Below the pieces are notes generated by a model that had not been told where the DNA came from, did not search any database, and saw nothing but the letters and a program-made list of their open reading frames with translations. Made by a program: the position numbers and the translations under genes. From Octopus vulgaris (lineage: Eukaryota), in NCBI GenBank assembly GCA_951406725.2, contig OX597830.1, positions 62,186,001 to 62,250,000 on the forward strand: a stretch of DNA of 64,000 bases, written 5' to 3'. Positions 14,691-27,194 of the stretch are shown here, piece by piece (the stretch's first letter is position 1; each line of letters opens with the position of its first letter).

Positions 14691-14772
14691 GCTACTACTA
14701 CTACTTCAAATAACAACAGTAATAATCATAATAGCAACAACAACAACAACAACACCAACAATAATAACAATA

Positions 14773-14825
<53 letters not shown>

Positions 14826-14840
14826 CATTATTATTATTAT
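14322..14840. repeat. Trinucleotide microsatellite field (GTA/GTG, CTA/CTG, CAA, TTA)
   Basis: Directly visible. Confidence 0.95.
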
Positions 14841-15039
14841 TTCAAATTTTTGTCACAAGGGCAGCTTGGGGGGGGGGGGTAGGGATGAGTCGATTACATC
14901 AACCCCCCAGTGTTCAACAGGTACTTATTTTATCGTCGCCGAAAGAATGAAAGGTAGAATCGACCTCGGCGGAATTTGAACTCAGAACGTAAAGAAATGC
15001 CGCGAAGCATTTCGCCCGGTGTGCTAACGATAATAATGT

Positions 15040-15091
<52 letters not shown>

Positions 15092-15211
15092 ATATATATA
15101 CAATGAAACTTCAATGCGTTAACATTCACCTCCTTACGACAATGTAAACCTTCATTTAACCAAAATATCCTTGGCCTGAAGAGTTGCCTGCGGTATACAC
15201 TTCGCTTGTAA

Positions 15212-15890
15212 AGGCACATAGCCAAGTGGTTAGAGCAGCGGTTTCGCGGTCGAGGGATCGCGAGTTCGAATCTCAAACCGGGTGATGTGTGTGTGTTTAT
15301 GAGCAAAACACCTAAGTTCCACGCCGCGGATCTTTTCGGTTTGAACGGCAGTTTTTTCTAGCGGTGTGATATGAAATTGTCACCCATAATTATGACCCTA
15401 GAATCGATCTATTGCATTTCAATCTCTTTTAGGGTTGGGGATGGGGGAAGGGTATCTTTTTTTCTTCAGAAATGTAAATAAACCCAATCTATTTCTTAAA
15501 AGAAGGACATATTCATACGGCACAGAATGTTGTTTACCTCAATGGACGTCAGTGATTGGTTGAAATTGCAGAAATTGAAGAAAAAGCCAACAAATATCTT
15601 ACAAACTATAGAATTTTCTCAATAAAGCCAAGAGAAAAAGATGTTTTATAAACACATTCTACCAGTATACGAAGTTTAAAATTTGTAAGTTACCTAGAAA
15701 GTATATTAAAAACTGCCGTTCAAACCGAAAAGATCCCACGCAGCTCCGACAGAAGATAATGGCGAACTTCTGCTGACTCTTTCATCACAACTTTCTCTCA
15801 CTCTTTCCTCCTGCATCTTCCAGCTCACTTGCGACGGACCGGCGTCCCGTCCAAGTGGAGAACCCATACGCCAAAGAAACCGAGAAACCT
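15212..15890 (+). mobile_element. SINE family C (V-like tail) split by a nested MITE
   Basis: Head at 15212-15327; remainder at 15737-15890 matches the 59717-60008 copy. Confidence 0.85.
15328..15736. mobile_element. MITE, TIR GGATCTTTTCGGTTTGAACGGCAGTTTTT
   Basis: Perfect TIRs; 8-bp TSD CACGCCGC/CACGCAGC; near-identical to 21704-22116 and 63453-63851. Confidence 0.93.
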
Positions 15891-16122
15891 TCATTCCTTA
15901 ACTCTTCTATTCTTATTCACACATCTGGTCACCTACCGTGAAATATAAAAGGAACTCTTTTTTCAGTTTATCGAATTTCTATACGAAAAAATCCACAACC
16001 TTCCGTCTCCAAGGATCACTATTGCCCCTGAAAGTTGTTTTTTTTTAATATTTACTACGAATTACTTGAAGCTAACTTTCTTCCCACACCTTGATCCTAG
16101 GTTCTTACATTTTCAAGTGTGT

Positions 16123-16164
<42 letters not shown>

Positions 16165-16210
16165 ATCTGTGTGTGTCCGTGTGTTTGTATGTATATATGT
16201 ATATATATAT

Positions 16211-16326
<116 letters not shown>

Positions 16327-16436
16327 CATATATAAATACATACATACACATATATATGTATATGTTTAAAAGTATGTATATATATACATATACATATAAT
16401 ATATATATATATGTATGTATATGTATATACTTTGTG

Positions 16437-16467
<31 letters not shown>

Positions 16468-16552
16468 GTGTGTGTGTATATATATATATATACAATATAT
16501 GTATATGTATATACTCTGTGTGTGTGTGTGTGTGTGTGCATGTATGTATGTG

Positions 16553-16587
<35 letters not shown>

Positions 16588-16799
16588 GTATATACTCTGA
16601 GTGTGTATGTATATATATATTTATGTATGTATGCGTATGTACTCTCTATGTGTGAGTGTGTGTGTGTGTGTGTGTGCATATCATAGATCGCTATGACTAA
16701 TGACTCTAACACTGCATAACATTACTGCTTACAATACGACTGATACTAACTACTAATGAATATGGACAATCGGAGCTGATTGTGTATGACGTCACTCCA

Positions 16800-17230
16800 C
16801 CATCGAATCACGCGACTATATCTTGTCACCAACACTGTCCGTTGTCCAAGGACCGCGGATACATCGGGTGTCCATCGATCAAAGCTGACCATTCACCCGG
16901 TAAATATGGAAGCCCGGGCATGCCCTACATGTGTCCCCTTTCTCTCAATAATATTCCGTTCTCCCTGTCCTACAAAGTGCGCCCCTCTTCTGCGTTACAC
17001 TGTGCACTGCCCTTCTTTCAGACGTACAATATGCTGACTTTGTCCTACGATCAGAGCTTCCTTCTAATAGCCCCCACTATATGTACCTCTTTCTTCAAGC
17101 CCTGCAACCCACTCCTACTTCGCTGATAATCCTGCAATCCCTCTTCTTCCAGCCCTTCATTGTCCAGACCCTTTAACAAATATTTCCATAAATTTCCCCC
17201 AGCTTTCCCTCTCTGGACACCAGCAGAAAA
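16800..17230 (-). pseudogene. Possible decayed Gypsy/LTR gag-protease fragment
   Basis: Broken-frame YY*EKGDTCRACP (zinc-knuckle-like) followed by ALIDGHP...LDNG (aspartic-protease-like); many stops. Confidence 0.3.
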
Positions 17231-17495
17231 ATGCAAGATGAGAAGCTAAGATTAATTTCATCGCAAGAATTCTATAGTAAAAGTGGAAAACTGGCAGAAT
17301 CGTTAGTGCATCGAACAAAATGTATCGAACAAATCCCAGCTCTTTACGTTCTGAGTTCAAATCCCGCCGAAGTCGACTTTGCCTTTCATTATTTCCGGGT
17401 CGATAAAATAAATACCAGTTGAGTACTGGGGTCGATGTAATCGACTATCCCCCTCCCCCAAATTTCAGGCCTTGTGCCTTTAATAGAAAGGATCG

Positions 17496-17539
<44 letters not shown>

Positions 17540-17540
<1 letters not shown>

Positions 17541-17898
17541 CAGGTTTTGTTGTAACTCCCGGAGTCTTGCTTGCGTAGCGAGCTTTCTACCTTCGGCCTA
17601 TGGCACTATGCTATCCATTCTCTTCAGCTCTGTAATACTTTCCTGATTATTCTGGCTGTGCCAAGGAGGAAAACCTTTTGTAACAGTTCTCCTGGGGCAC
17701 TCTATTCCAATTTCCTTTATATTCCTCTTGATGCATTCTGATACTCTTCCCAAGGACCCAACAATAATTGGCATTCTCTTCACCATCTTCATTTTCCATA
17801 GCCGGACTATTTCGTACTTTTGTTGAATTATTATCATCAATAATATTAATACGCCAGTTTTTGTCTTTGTACGTACCTGTTGTGTGCGTCACACTTCA
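17540..17898 (-). mobile_element. 3' end of an R4/Dong-like RLE non-LTR retrotransposon
   Basis: KYEIVRLWKMKMVKRMPIIVGSLG and, after a frameshift, ELLQKVFLLGTARIIRKVL; short 3' UTR running into (TGA)n. Confidence 0.8.
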
Positions 17899-18254
17899 TA
17901 GAAGTGGCAAAGCGAGAGAGAGGAAGACAGAGAGAAAGTAAGAGAGAAAGAGAGTGAGTGAGAGAGAAAAGGAGAGAGAGAGAAAGAGAGAAAGAGAGAG
18001 AGTGAGAGGGAAAGAGTGTGTGTGAAAGAGAGAATGTGAAAGAGAGAAAATGTGAAAGAGAAAGAATGTGAAAGAGAGAGAGAAAGAAAGAGAGAGAGTG
18101 TGAAAGAGACAGTGAGTGGTGACGACGTTCGTTTTGTGTTTTTAATTTTTTTTCACATCGTAAGAGAAGCAGATACATTGATACATATACACATTGTTAA
18201 CATCAAAAACGAGAGAAAAGAGGGACAGAAAAGAAGTGAAAGAGAAAGAGAGAA

Positions 18255-18290
<36 letters not shown>

Positions 18291-19035
18291 TAGATACTTA
18301 AACCCAAAGTATAGTTCATACATAGATACATATATATACATACAGCAAATATTGGATGTCAGTTTCACTTTTCATTTTATCCACACGAGGATAAAATTAA
18401 CTCACAAATGGCTGAGTACTCCACTGACATGTATAACATTAACGTAGTTCTCAGGGAGATTCAACCTCTCACAGAATATGACAAGGCTGGTCCCTTTGAA
18501 TTACGGCTACAACTCGAGACATATGAATGTATTTGTGTGTGTGCGTGTATAGTTTAGGTTAGTTAAAGCATGTTTGCAATAATAAGTGTCGCCTGGTGGA
18601 AATAAACGCAATTACCAAACTTTCATTCGCGAATCCATTTATTATTTCGTTCTTCTGCATTTCAATTTGTACATTAAGGATCTTTGAATATGTGCAATGT
18701 TTTAAGGTTAAATAGTAATTCCGTTTACGTTTGTGTAACTGAGATATTTTGGTTGGTGTTACATTACATTCTATATTCTATAACTGTCACAATATACTTT
18801 TCTAGGCCTGGATTTTTTGTGGGGAGGGGGCCAGTTGATTAGATCGACCCCAGTACACAACTGATAATTAATTTATCGATTCTGAAAGGACGAAAGGCAA
18901 AGGCGATCTCGGTAGAATTTGATCTCCGAACGTAAAGACAGACGGTCATAATATTTCGGTCAAACATTTCTCAGATGTCTTGCAAACAACTTGCACATGC
19001 AAGTGCTACCAGTTAAAAGCTCCGTATACCGGAAG

Positions 19036-19127
19036 CTAGCAAGTGTATGGGGTCATCAGGAGATAATGCGCGCCGTTTCGGGGCCTACCTCTCAACGGCA
19101 TCACTGATATGAGGCCCCGCTTGCTAG
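19036..19127 (-). ncRNA. Candidate non-circularly permuted hammerhead ribozyme in the Hero 3' UTR
   Basis: Stem III UGCCGU/ACGGCG, stem I GAGA/UCUC, stem II GGGGCCU/AGGCCCC, outer helix CUAGCAAG/CUUGCUAG; cores occur in the order GUU, GAAA, CUGAUGA. Confidence 0.65.
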
Positions 19128-19147
19128 ATCAGCTGGTTATGAAGAAC

Positions 19148-20494
19148 TCAATATACTTCTAGCCATCGCTCATCGTCTCTTTTTAACCAAATCCAGTGGC
19201 TAGCCCTCTCCACTGTAGATTGGATATCAGTCACGGTGGTATTGACTTTACGATGAGTTAGGCCTAGCGATAACAACAGTCGTCTCACGCTGTGTCCAAC
19301 AAACCCTCTATATCCGACTTCGATAGGAAAATGTTCCGCTTTCCAGCCTGCGTCTTCACATTCCTCGAGGAGGTTTTCATAACGGTTCAATTTTCGAGCC
19401 CGAGCGGCGTCCATATTATCTTCATGAGGAACCGTTAGCTCGACTATATTTACAACTTTCTTTCTTTCACACCACATCAAAATATCTGGTTTTTTCGTAA
19501 CTGGGATGGGAAAGAAAACCTGGCACCCAGGTAAATCTGCAGTTACCTCCCAATAGCCGTTCCACTTTTCATTTTTCTCAGGAAGTTTTTTGATCTTCTT
19601 CTTGAAACGGATCCGCTGACCTGGTCGCACGATGGTAATGAAATCTCTTGATGGTACTTTCAACGGTTTTTCCTCAGTGATGTTGAAATGAATTTGGTTC
19701 TTTATAGCATTGAAGATAACCTTAAGGACCAAGTTGTGCCTCCATGTATACCTGTTCAATGCTAATGAACAGTTGGAAAGAATATGTTTTAGTCTACCGA
19801 CCTTTCCACATTTGCAGATGTCATTCTCTAAGACATTCCATCTTACTAGATTCGTAGGTGATGGCAAAACATCATAAGATGAACGAATCAGGAAACTCAG
19901 CCGAGATGTCCACTTCCACATCTCAACCCAACTTATCTTCCTCTCAACAACATGTTCTTCCCATCTCGTCATCTGACCTTGATGAACACATCGGATCAAA
20001 TGAAGCTCTTTTTTGTCTGTTTCTCTTGTTTTGACGCTGTTGCTAACAACAGATCTGCGTTCACTCCGCATTATGCTTGCAAACTGTCTGAACTGATCTG
20101 CGCCAAAACCAAGTCCTTTCCGATGGTTCTGCGTTGCTCCCACCATATCTCTGTGTATAAGAGAAGACAAGATGTCGTCAGTTTCTGCTTCTGCTTTCCA
20201 CTTCCTGGCTGTTTTCACCTCTGGTGGGTTACGCCTGATTTCCATATCCTTCGATTCTCTCAGCATCATGACCGTCCGTATCTTCCCCAGCTTATATATT
20301 TCGACTATTGATGCTATTGGTAACTGCAACGAACCTCTTTTACGATAAAGAGCTGAGCTGTTCAACATACGAGGTAGGCCTAGCCACTTTCTAATGAACA
20401 CATTACATTTTTGTTCAATGCTTTCAACTCGTGACAATGCTACTTCGTATATTAAAAGTGGCCACGCAAGTCGCGGGTACAAGCCGAACTGCAA
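19148..20494 (-). CDS. Uninterrupted 448-codon remnant of the Hero-like ORF: thumb, zinc knuckle and restriction-like endonuclease
   Basis: ORF track; CKCGKVGRLKHILSNC, RHN, PD..ELTVP; continues upstream in another frame (20452-20712), so it is a disabled copy. Confidence 0.85.
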   Translation of the reverse strand: MQFGLYPRLAWPLLIYEVALSRVESIEQKCNVFIRKWLGLPRMLNSSALYRKRGSLQLPIASIVEIYKLGKIRTVMMLRESKDMEIRRNPPEVKTARKWKAEAETDDILSSLIHRDMVGATQNHRKGLGFGADQFRQFASIMRSERRSVVSNSVKTRETDKKELHLIRCVHQGQMTRWEEHVVERKISWVEMWKWTSRLSFLIRSSYDVLPSPTNLVRWNVLENDICKCGKVGRLKHILSNCSLALNRYTWRHNLVLKVIFNAIKNQIHFNITEEKPLKVPSRDFITIVRPGQRIRFKKKIKKLPEKNEKWNGYWEVTADLPGCQVFFPIPVTKKPDILMWCERKKVVNIVELTVPHEDNMDAARARKLNRYENLLEECEDAGWKAEHFPIEVGYRGFVGHSVRRLLLSLGLTHRKVNTTVTDIQSTVERASHWIWLKRDDERWLEVY

Positions 20495-20783
20495 GCACCA
20501 AATTTTATATTCGAATTATCAATCGCTGATAACCCAGTCTCGGCCTGTTTCATAATTTCAATCCCACGACTTCTGTCTGACAATGTTCCAGCGTATACTC
20601 GTCCCAAGCTCTTGACGGGCTCTTCCTTGACTGTTGGAATGCTTTCTTCAGATATTCGAAACTTAAATTCTTTCTGCACTCCCTTAACAAATGTCAGACT
20701 ACGCGACTTTTTACAGATGCTTACATTTTTTTATGTTTTCCGTGAATTTTTCACGAGTCCAGCTTCTTCTTCTTCTTCTTCTG

Positions 20784-20854
<71 letters not shown>

Positions 20855-21516
20855 AGCGGCGAGGTGGCAGAATTGTTAGCACATCGGGCGAAATACTTAG
20901 CGGTATATTTTGTCTGTCGCTATGTTCTGATTTCAAGTTCCGCTGAGGTCGACTTTGCCTTTCATCGCTTCGGGGTCGATAAAATAAGTACCAGTTGAAT
21001 ACTGGGGGTTGATGTAATTGACTAACGCCCTCCCCAATTTCTTCTGGCAGTTTACGTTCTGAGTTGAAAACTTTTCGGGATCGATAAAATAAATATCAAT
21101 TGAGCTCTGAATTCGATCTAATCGACTCATTCCCCTTCTCTCAAAATTGCTGGCTTTGTGCCAAAATTTGAAACCATTATTATTATCTTGCGCATGACCG
21201 TATAAATCTGTTTTCTAGCAAATTTTTTAATGTTTCACACAAAAGCGATAAGACGTTACGACTCTCATTGTCCTGGATAACACCAACCCTCTTATCCGTC
21301 CTCCTTTGTACCGGAAGTCCAGGTGTGATCTCTTCCGCTCTCTTCACTTCTGAGGTTACATGTTTTTAGATATATTCAAACATTTTATTCAAGTTGTTCA
21401 AAACTAAAGCTATTCTCTAGATTTTGTTTGCCTCGTGAACAAACATCAGTCTTAGGGATCTTATTGACTTAAACATTGTGATCCTTGCATAATTAATTCT
21501 TTGCCAACCCAAAGCA

Positions 21517-21648
21517 TCTCTATATATATAAACGGCAAAATGTCTGCGTGTGTGTCCTTTATACAAATCCACAATTTTTCAGTTAGAGGGCTCGCACTAT
21601 GGTCATTCAAAACCGTCAAAGGGTTGCGAAGCCGGGTCATAGTGCTAG
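21517..21648 (+). mobile_element. Short non-autonomous Helitron
   Basis: A|TCTCTATATATATAAA 5' end; GCGAAGCCGGGT half-hairpin and CTAG|T 3' end; no TSD. Confidence 0.75.
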
Positions 21649-21703
21649 TTTTCATATATTTGTCCTAAATTTTCATGCCCGTTAAAAAATAACAAAACAG
21701 AAT

Positions 21704-22116
21704 TGATCTTTTCGATTTAAACGGCAGTTTTTTCTAGCGCTGTCATATAAAATTGTCACCCATAATTATGACCCTAGTATCGATCTATTGCATTTCAATC
21801 TATTTTAGGCTTAGAATTAGGGTTAGGGTGGGATTAAGGGTATCTTTTTTTCTTCACAAATGTAAATAAACCCAATCTGTTTCTTAAACGGGGGACATAT
21901 TCATACGGCACAGAATGTTGTTTACCTCAATGGACGTCAGTGATTGGTTGAAATTGCAGAAAAACAACAACAAATATCTTACAAACTATAGAATTTTCTC
22001 AATAAAGCCAAGAGAAAAAGATGTTTTATAAACACATACTACCAGTATACAAGGTTTAAAATTTGTAAGTTACCTAGAAATTATGTTAAAAACTGCCGTT
22101 CAAACCGAAAAGATCC
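21704..22116. mobile_element. MITE (GGATC-TIR family)
   Basis: TIRs; TSD AACAGAAT/AACAGAAG; internal TTAGGG variants. Confidence 0.92.
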
Positions 22117-22328
22117 AACAGAAGTAAAAACGAAGCCACATCAATCTGTTCTTTCTAGAAAATTCTTCACCATTATTCGATGCATCAACACTCCTATATG
22201 TTTAGTTTAGATTTAAAATGACTAATAAATAATTAATCAGAAACAAGTAGGGCTGCTAATTAAATCCGTCAAAAAATTAGTAACCTTCATCCTAAAATTT
22301 CTATAGATAGTAGACTGTAATGTAGAAA

Positions 22329-22362
<34 letters not shown>

Positions 22363-22452
22363 GATGTTATTATTATTTGTTCCTCATTAGTACCGGCAAT
22401 GACAAATCTAGATCACAACGACCTTTCATTCCAGAATATATATATATATATA

Positions 22453-23101
22453 CAGGGGTTGGACAAAATAATGGAAACACCTAGCATCATAGCATCATAA
22501 TTATGAAATATCTATAAAACCAACAAAAGTTTGTTTATTTTTGTTTTTTTTAATTTATTATTAGTGTTAATATATTTTGCTAAAATTGCTCTTTCTTTTC
22601 AGATATCATCAGAAAAAGGTAATTAAAATTCATTAAAATGACAGATCTATCGGACTTTCAAAGAAGTCAAATTGCTGGTGCTCGTATGGCAGGCGCTAGC
22701 GTAACGAAAACAGCCAAAATGTTTGGAGTATCAAAAGTACTAGCTCGAAAATAATGACAGCCATTGAGAAAGAGGGAAAAACCTCCTCGTCGAAATAAAA
22801 CTCCGGAAGAAAACCAAAACTTTCAGATAGGGACCGTCGGACTCTTATGCGAATTGTTAGAAAGGATCTCACAAAAGTACAGCTCCCAAAATTACTGCAG
22901 GGATTAATGACCACCTCGAGAACCCAGTTTCGCCGGCAGCTGCACAAAGCCGGATTTCACAGGAGGGCTGCAATCAGAAAACAATTACTTTCAAAAACAA
23001 ACGTTGCAAAGCGTTTAGAGTGGAGTAAAAATGTACAAAATTGGTCCCTAGAGCAGTAAAAGAATGTTATTTTCTCGGACGAGTCATCCTTTACCTTATT
23101 T
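22453..23101 (+). mobile_element. Tc1-like transposon, 5' half, pseudogenised
   Basis: TA|CAGGGGTTGGACAAAATAATGGAAACACC TIR; ATG at 22638 gives MTDLSDFQRSQIAGARMAGAS; NSGRKPKLSDRDRR; ends at FSDESSF (first catalytic D). Confidence 0.9.
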
Positions 23102-23126
23102 CCTTCTCTCCCACTATTTTTCTTTC

Positions 23127-23163
<37 letters not shown>

Positions 23164-23294
23164 CACCACAGCTCTCACCGTCTCTATGCCTACTATTACT
23201 CTCACCCCAGCTCGAGGAAGTGTCATTGAATAGTGAGAGAGTAGAGGGTCAAAGTGTGACACACTGACACACAGAAATTAGTTTTCGCATTTAT

Positions 23295-23379
<85 letters not shown>

Positions 23380-24034
23380 GGAGAGAGAGAGAGAGAGAGA
23401 GGGGAAGGAAGGAAGGAGAGAGAGAGAGAATGAGGATTAAACATTACTCGGTCAAGACATCTGATGCAATCATTACTTAAGGATGTTTTCATATCTCTCA
23501 AAGAAAAGATGGTCAGACAGACAGTCAGATGGACGGACAGACGGACAGATTGTCGGTCAGTATAAAAGGCAGACACGGAGACAGGCAGACAGGCTGACAA
23601 AGGAGTTAGTCATCAGCTTTAGAAAATTAAGACGTATTCTTAAGATGGACGGAAGATGGTGAGGCTGGTGATGATGATGATGAGGATGATGATGATGATT
23701 ATGATGACGACGATTATTATTGTTGTTGTTTCAGTTGATGTTGTTTTTGTTCTTGGTGGTAGTGCTGGTGGTAGTATAAGTAGTAGTAGTGGTGGTGGTG
23801 GTGGTGGTGGTAGTAGTAGTAGTAGTGGTGGTAGTGTTGGTGATAGTGGTAGTAGTAGTGGTGGTGGTGGTGGTGGTAGTGGGGATGGTAGTAATGGGTG
23901 GTGGGGGAAGTAGTGGCGGTAGCAGCGGTGCTACTGCTGACGTTGCTGTTGTGGTGGTGGCGGAGTTTGTGATAAAGTACTGTAAGGACAGCCAAAAACA
24001 GCACCACAAAGAAAGAATAGGAAATGGACGCTGA

Positions 24035-24071
<37 letters not shown>

Positions 24072-25210
24072 CGTACTTATTTCTTTTATTAAGTACAAGG
24101 GCCTATGTCTTTCAAGAAGCGAACGGTTCACTATATATGTGTTTGTGTATGTATGTGTTGGCATGTATATGTGTGTGTGTTTGTGTGTGTATTTGTATGT
24201 GTGTTTGCGTGTGTGTGTGTGCGTGTGTGTGTGCGTTCGTGTGTGTGTGTGTGGTTGTATGATTTAACATGCACAATATTTAAATTCGAGCTACTGCTAG
24301 TTTCATGCTGTGAAAATACGATTATCTGACCAGCTTCTATAGTGTGTCGTGTGTTTCCAAGTAATCCTCTAGACTCATATATACAATGTGGCTGGTTTCT
24401 GAGAGGAAAAAAAAAGACTAGAAAGGAAACTGGACAATGAGGAAAAAGAAAAAGGACAAGAGGAAGGTAAAAGAAAAATGTAGAATAAATAAAAAGAGAG
24501 AAAAAAAAAAGAAAATGGAGCGTTCGAATCAGAATTGATATGGTTGATGTAAATTAATTCAAGGTGGGGAAAGTTAAAGTTTGTGAAACTGCATGCTTAA
24601 TACGGAGAGGGTGTGCGTTTTCCAGTTCAATAAAAGAAACTTTTTCAGATGCTTACATTTGATGAAAGTTTCAGTTCTGTATCGCCAGTCTATAAGTATA
24701 TACGCTAGACTGTAGCCTGCTGGCGAACAAGCTGAGCTTGTGCATTGAGCATGCGTGGTCGATAATGTTTAAAATACTAGCGCTGCTTATTATTCATGTT
24801 TGAATTTATTCTTATATCCGCATCGTCGTGGCATACCAGCAAATGGTTTTTGCACTATTTGTATATAGTTATAGACTGGCGAATCAGTTCGCCTGCAATT
24901 CATTTCAGGTATGTAATGTTGATAAGCCACAAAAATGGTGAAACATCGATGTTCATCACTCTTGAATGGGATCTGGGGCGAGTCGTCTCACCTGTCTTTG
25001 ACCTTCATGTGTTCTAACACCCGGAGATCTGGGGGAGTCTTTCCTACCGCGCTAAACAGCAGCCTACTGGCAAACAACCATCGTACACGTATTGAGTATG
25101 TGTAGTTGATAATATATATATTTTGGTTCAATTTTTCTCGAAGAGTTCGGTTAAACCAACGAAAGCGCTAATAAAGAATTATCCAAAATTCTGACTGCTT
25201 CCTACATTTA

Positions 25211-25250
<40 letters not shown>

Positions 25251-25253
<3 letters not shown>

Positions 25254-25427
25254 TGAAGTATATTTGCCATTTAAATGTGGCTAACCCCTAGGGTGGATGC
25301 TATCCTTATAGGGCACAGAAAGTGTGTCAATAGCCAGCTGGAGGAGGTGTCCTCCTGGGGCTACAAGCTACAGTAGCATCCACCCTTAGGGGTTAGCCAC
25401 ATTTAAGTGACAAATATACTTCACGAT
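25251..25427. repeat. Inverted repeat, about 52-bp arms with a 70-bp spacer
   Basis: TCGTGAAGTATATTTG...GGTGGATGCTA pairs with TAGCATCCACC...CAAATATACTTCACGA. Confidence 0.85.
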
Positions 25428-25474
25428 GTTGTGCAGCTACTGTTTATACCTCGCTCAGAGATTTATTATTGCTC

Positions 25475-25548
<74 letters not shown>

Positions 25549-26074
25549 TTATGTGTATAGAAGGAAGGAAGAATGAAAGAAATACAGACAGAAGGAAAGA
25601 ATATGTCATGCGCGAATAAGAAGTATACGAAGCGATTAGAGAAATTGACGGTTTGTCGTAAGATGTCGTAGAAAAGACAGCAATTGAAGAAATCCTATTT
25701 GAAAAGAATGGACAGTAATAAGGAGGAAGACTTTGAAGATTATGGCAAGTATTTGCAGAACAGGTTTTTGGTTTTGTTACGTCTGTCAATTCTGGCAGTT
25801 TTGGATGTTCAGTTTCTTGGGGAAGATAAAAACAACAAAAAATATTTATTTGTTTTAATGGAAAAATTTCGTTGTGTTCTTGAGTAAGTAGAGCTGGGGT
25901 CAAGAAGAATTGGTGTAAGCGTGTCATCCTGATGCTCTTGGTCGATGTTAAGAGAATAATTCTTCAATGTAGGGACTTGTCGTTTAATGTATCTGTGTGT
26001 GTGTGTGTTTATAGGAAGAATTCATAAAGCACGATTTATTCGAGATGAGAGGTTTTCGAAAACCGAGGTACTAC

Positions 26075-26250
26075 TGTACTTATTTCAATTACATTATTTA
26101 CATTATTTACATTTGACTGATACACCCTCCAGTCTTCATCAGGTGCCTTGGGGAAATTTCGAACCTGGGTTCCCATTCCTAAGTTATTTTTCGATGTTGT
26201 TGTTATTATTATTATTTTTATTGTTGTTGTTGTTGTTGTTATTAATATTT
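26075..26250 (-). mobile_element. SINE-E tail with deleted hammerhead half
   Basis: Reverse complement matches 4030-4180; keeps CTGATGA and stem II GACTG/CAGTC but lacks the GAAAC segment. Confidence 0.8.
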
Positions 26251-26399
26251 TATATAGGATTGAGGTAACCGAACCCGGAACCATGTGGTTGGAAAGCAAG
26301 CTTCTTCAATAACAGACTGTTCCGTTGATCGGATCAGCTGGAACCCTCGTCGTCGTAACCGACGGAGTACCAGTTTTATCTAGTTTCCCCCTTTTGTTT

Positions 26400-26897
26400 G
26401 TAGTTTTCCTTCCAAATTCATTCCAGAATATTCTCTAATATTTAGCCCATACCCTAATCGCATGGTTACTGTTGATCATTCAAGACCTTTTCCTGTCTCC
26501 TTTATACACTCTGATGGCTATATCCGGAGAATTCTATGAGGTGCATGAAATCTTATGAACGCTTCTGTAGTTCGCACTTCTGACGCATGCGGGATGCATT
26601 TCTCATCTCCATTACTAGGTCTGTAATCAATATGCTTGTTTTCGTGTTTCCCGACATTACTGAACACCAGCGAATCGAGCATTTAACGGGACTCGGTTTC
26701 AACTCATTTGAAATCGGTGATTTTTTTTCATTGCCTATAGCTTTTAATCCGAGTCTAGTAGTAGTAGTAGTAGTAGTGGTAGTAGTAGTAGTAGTAGTAG
26801 TAGTAGTACTGGAGGTGGTGGTGGTAGTAGTAGTAGTGGTGGTGGTGGTAGTAGTAGTAGTGGTGGTGGTGGTGGTGGTGTTGGTGGTGGTAGTGGG

Positions 26898-26930
<33 letters not shown>

Positions 26931-26999
26931 GGTGGTGGTGGTGGCGGTGGTAGTAGTAGTAGTAGTAGTGGTAGTGGTGGTGGTGGTGGTGGTGGTGGA

Positions 27000-27053
<54 letters not shown>

Positions 27054-27152
27054 GGTGGTGGTGGTGGTGGTGGTGGCGGTAGTAGTAGTAGTGGTGGTGG
27101 TGGTGGCGGTAGTAGTAGTAGTAGTAGTGGTAGTGGTGGTGGTGGTGGTGGC

Positions 27153-27194
<42 letters not shown>

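Larger units (their letters stand above)
18945..20712 (-). mobile_element. 5'-truncated Hero-like (RLE-type) non-LTR retrotransposon
   Basis: KKSRSL...PVKSLGRVY (RT end), PRLAWPL, KWLGLP, CCHC knuckle, RYTWRHN, KPDIL...VELTVP...K RLE, PIEVGYRGF; about 200-bp 3' UTR. Confidence 0.9.

Noticed and set aside
23165-23330. Possible Helitron 5' end on the minus strand
   Set aside because: The TC-(TA)n start is indistinguishable from the adjacent microsatellite and no 3' CTAG hairpin was found
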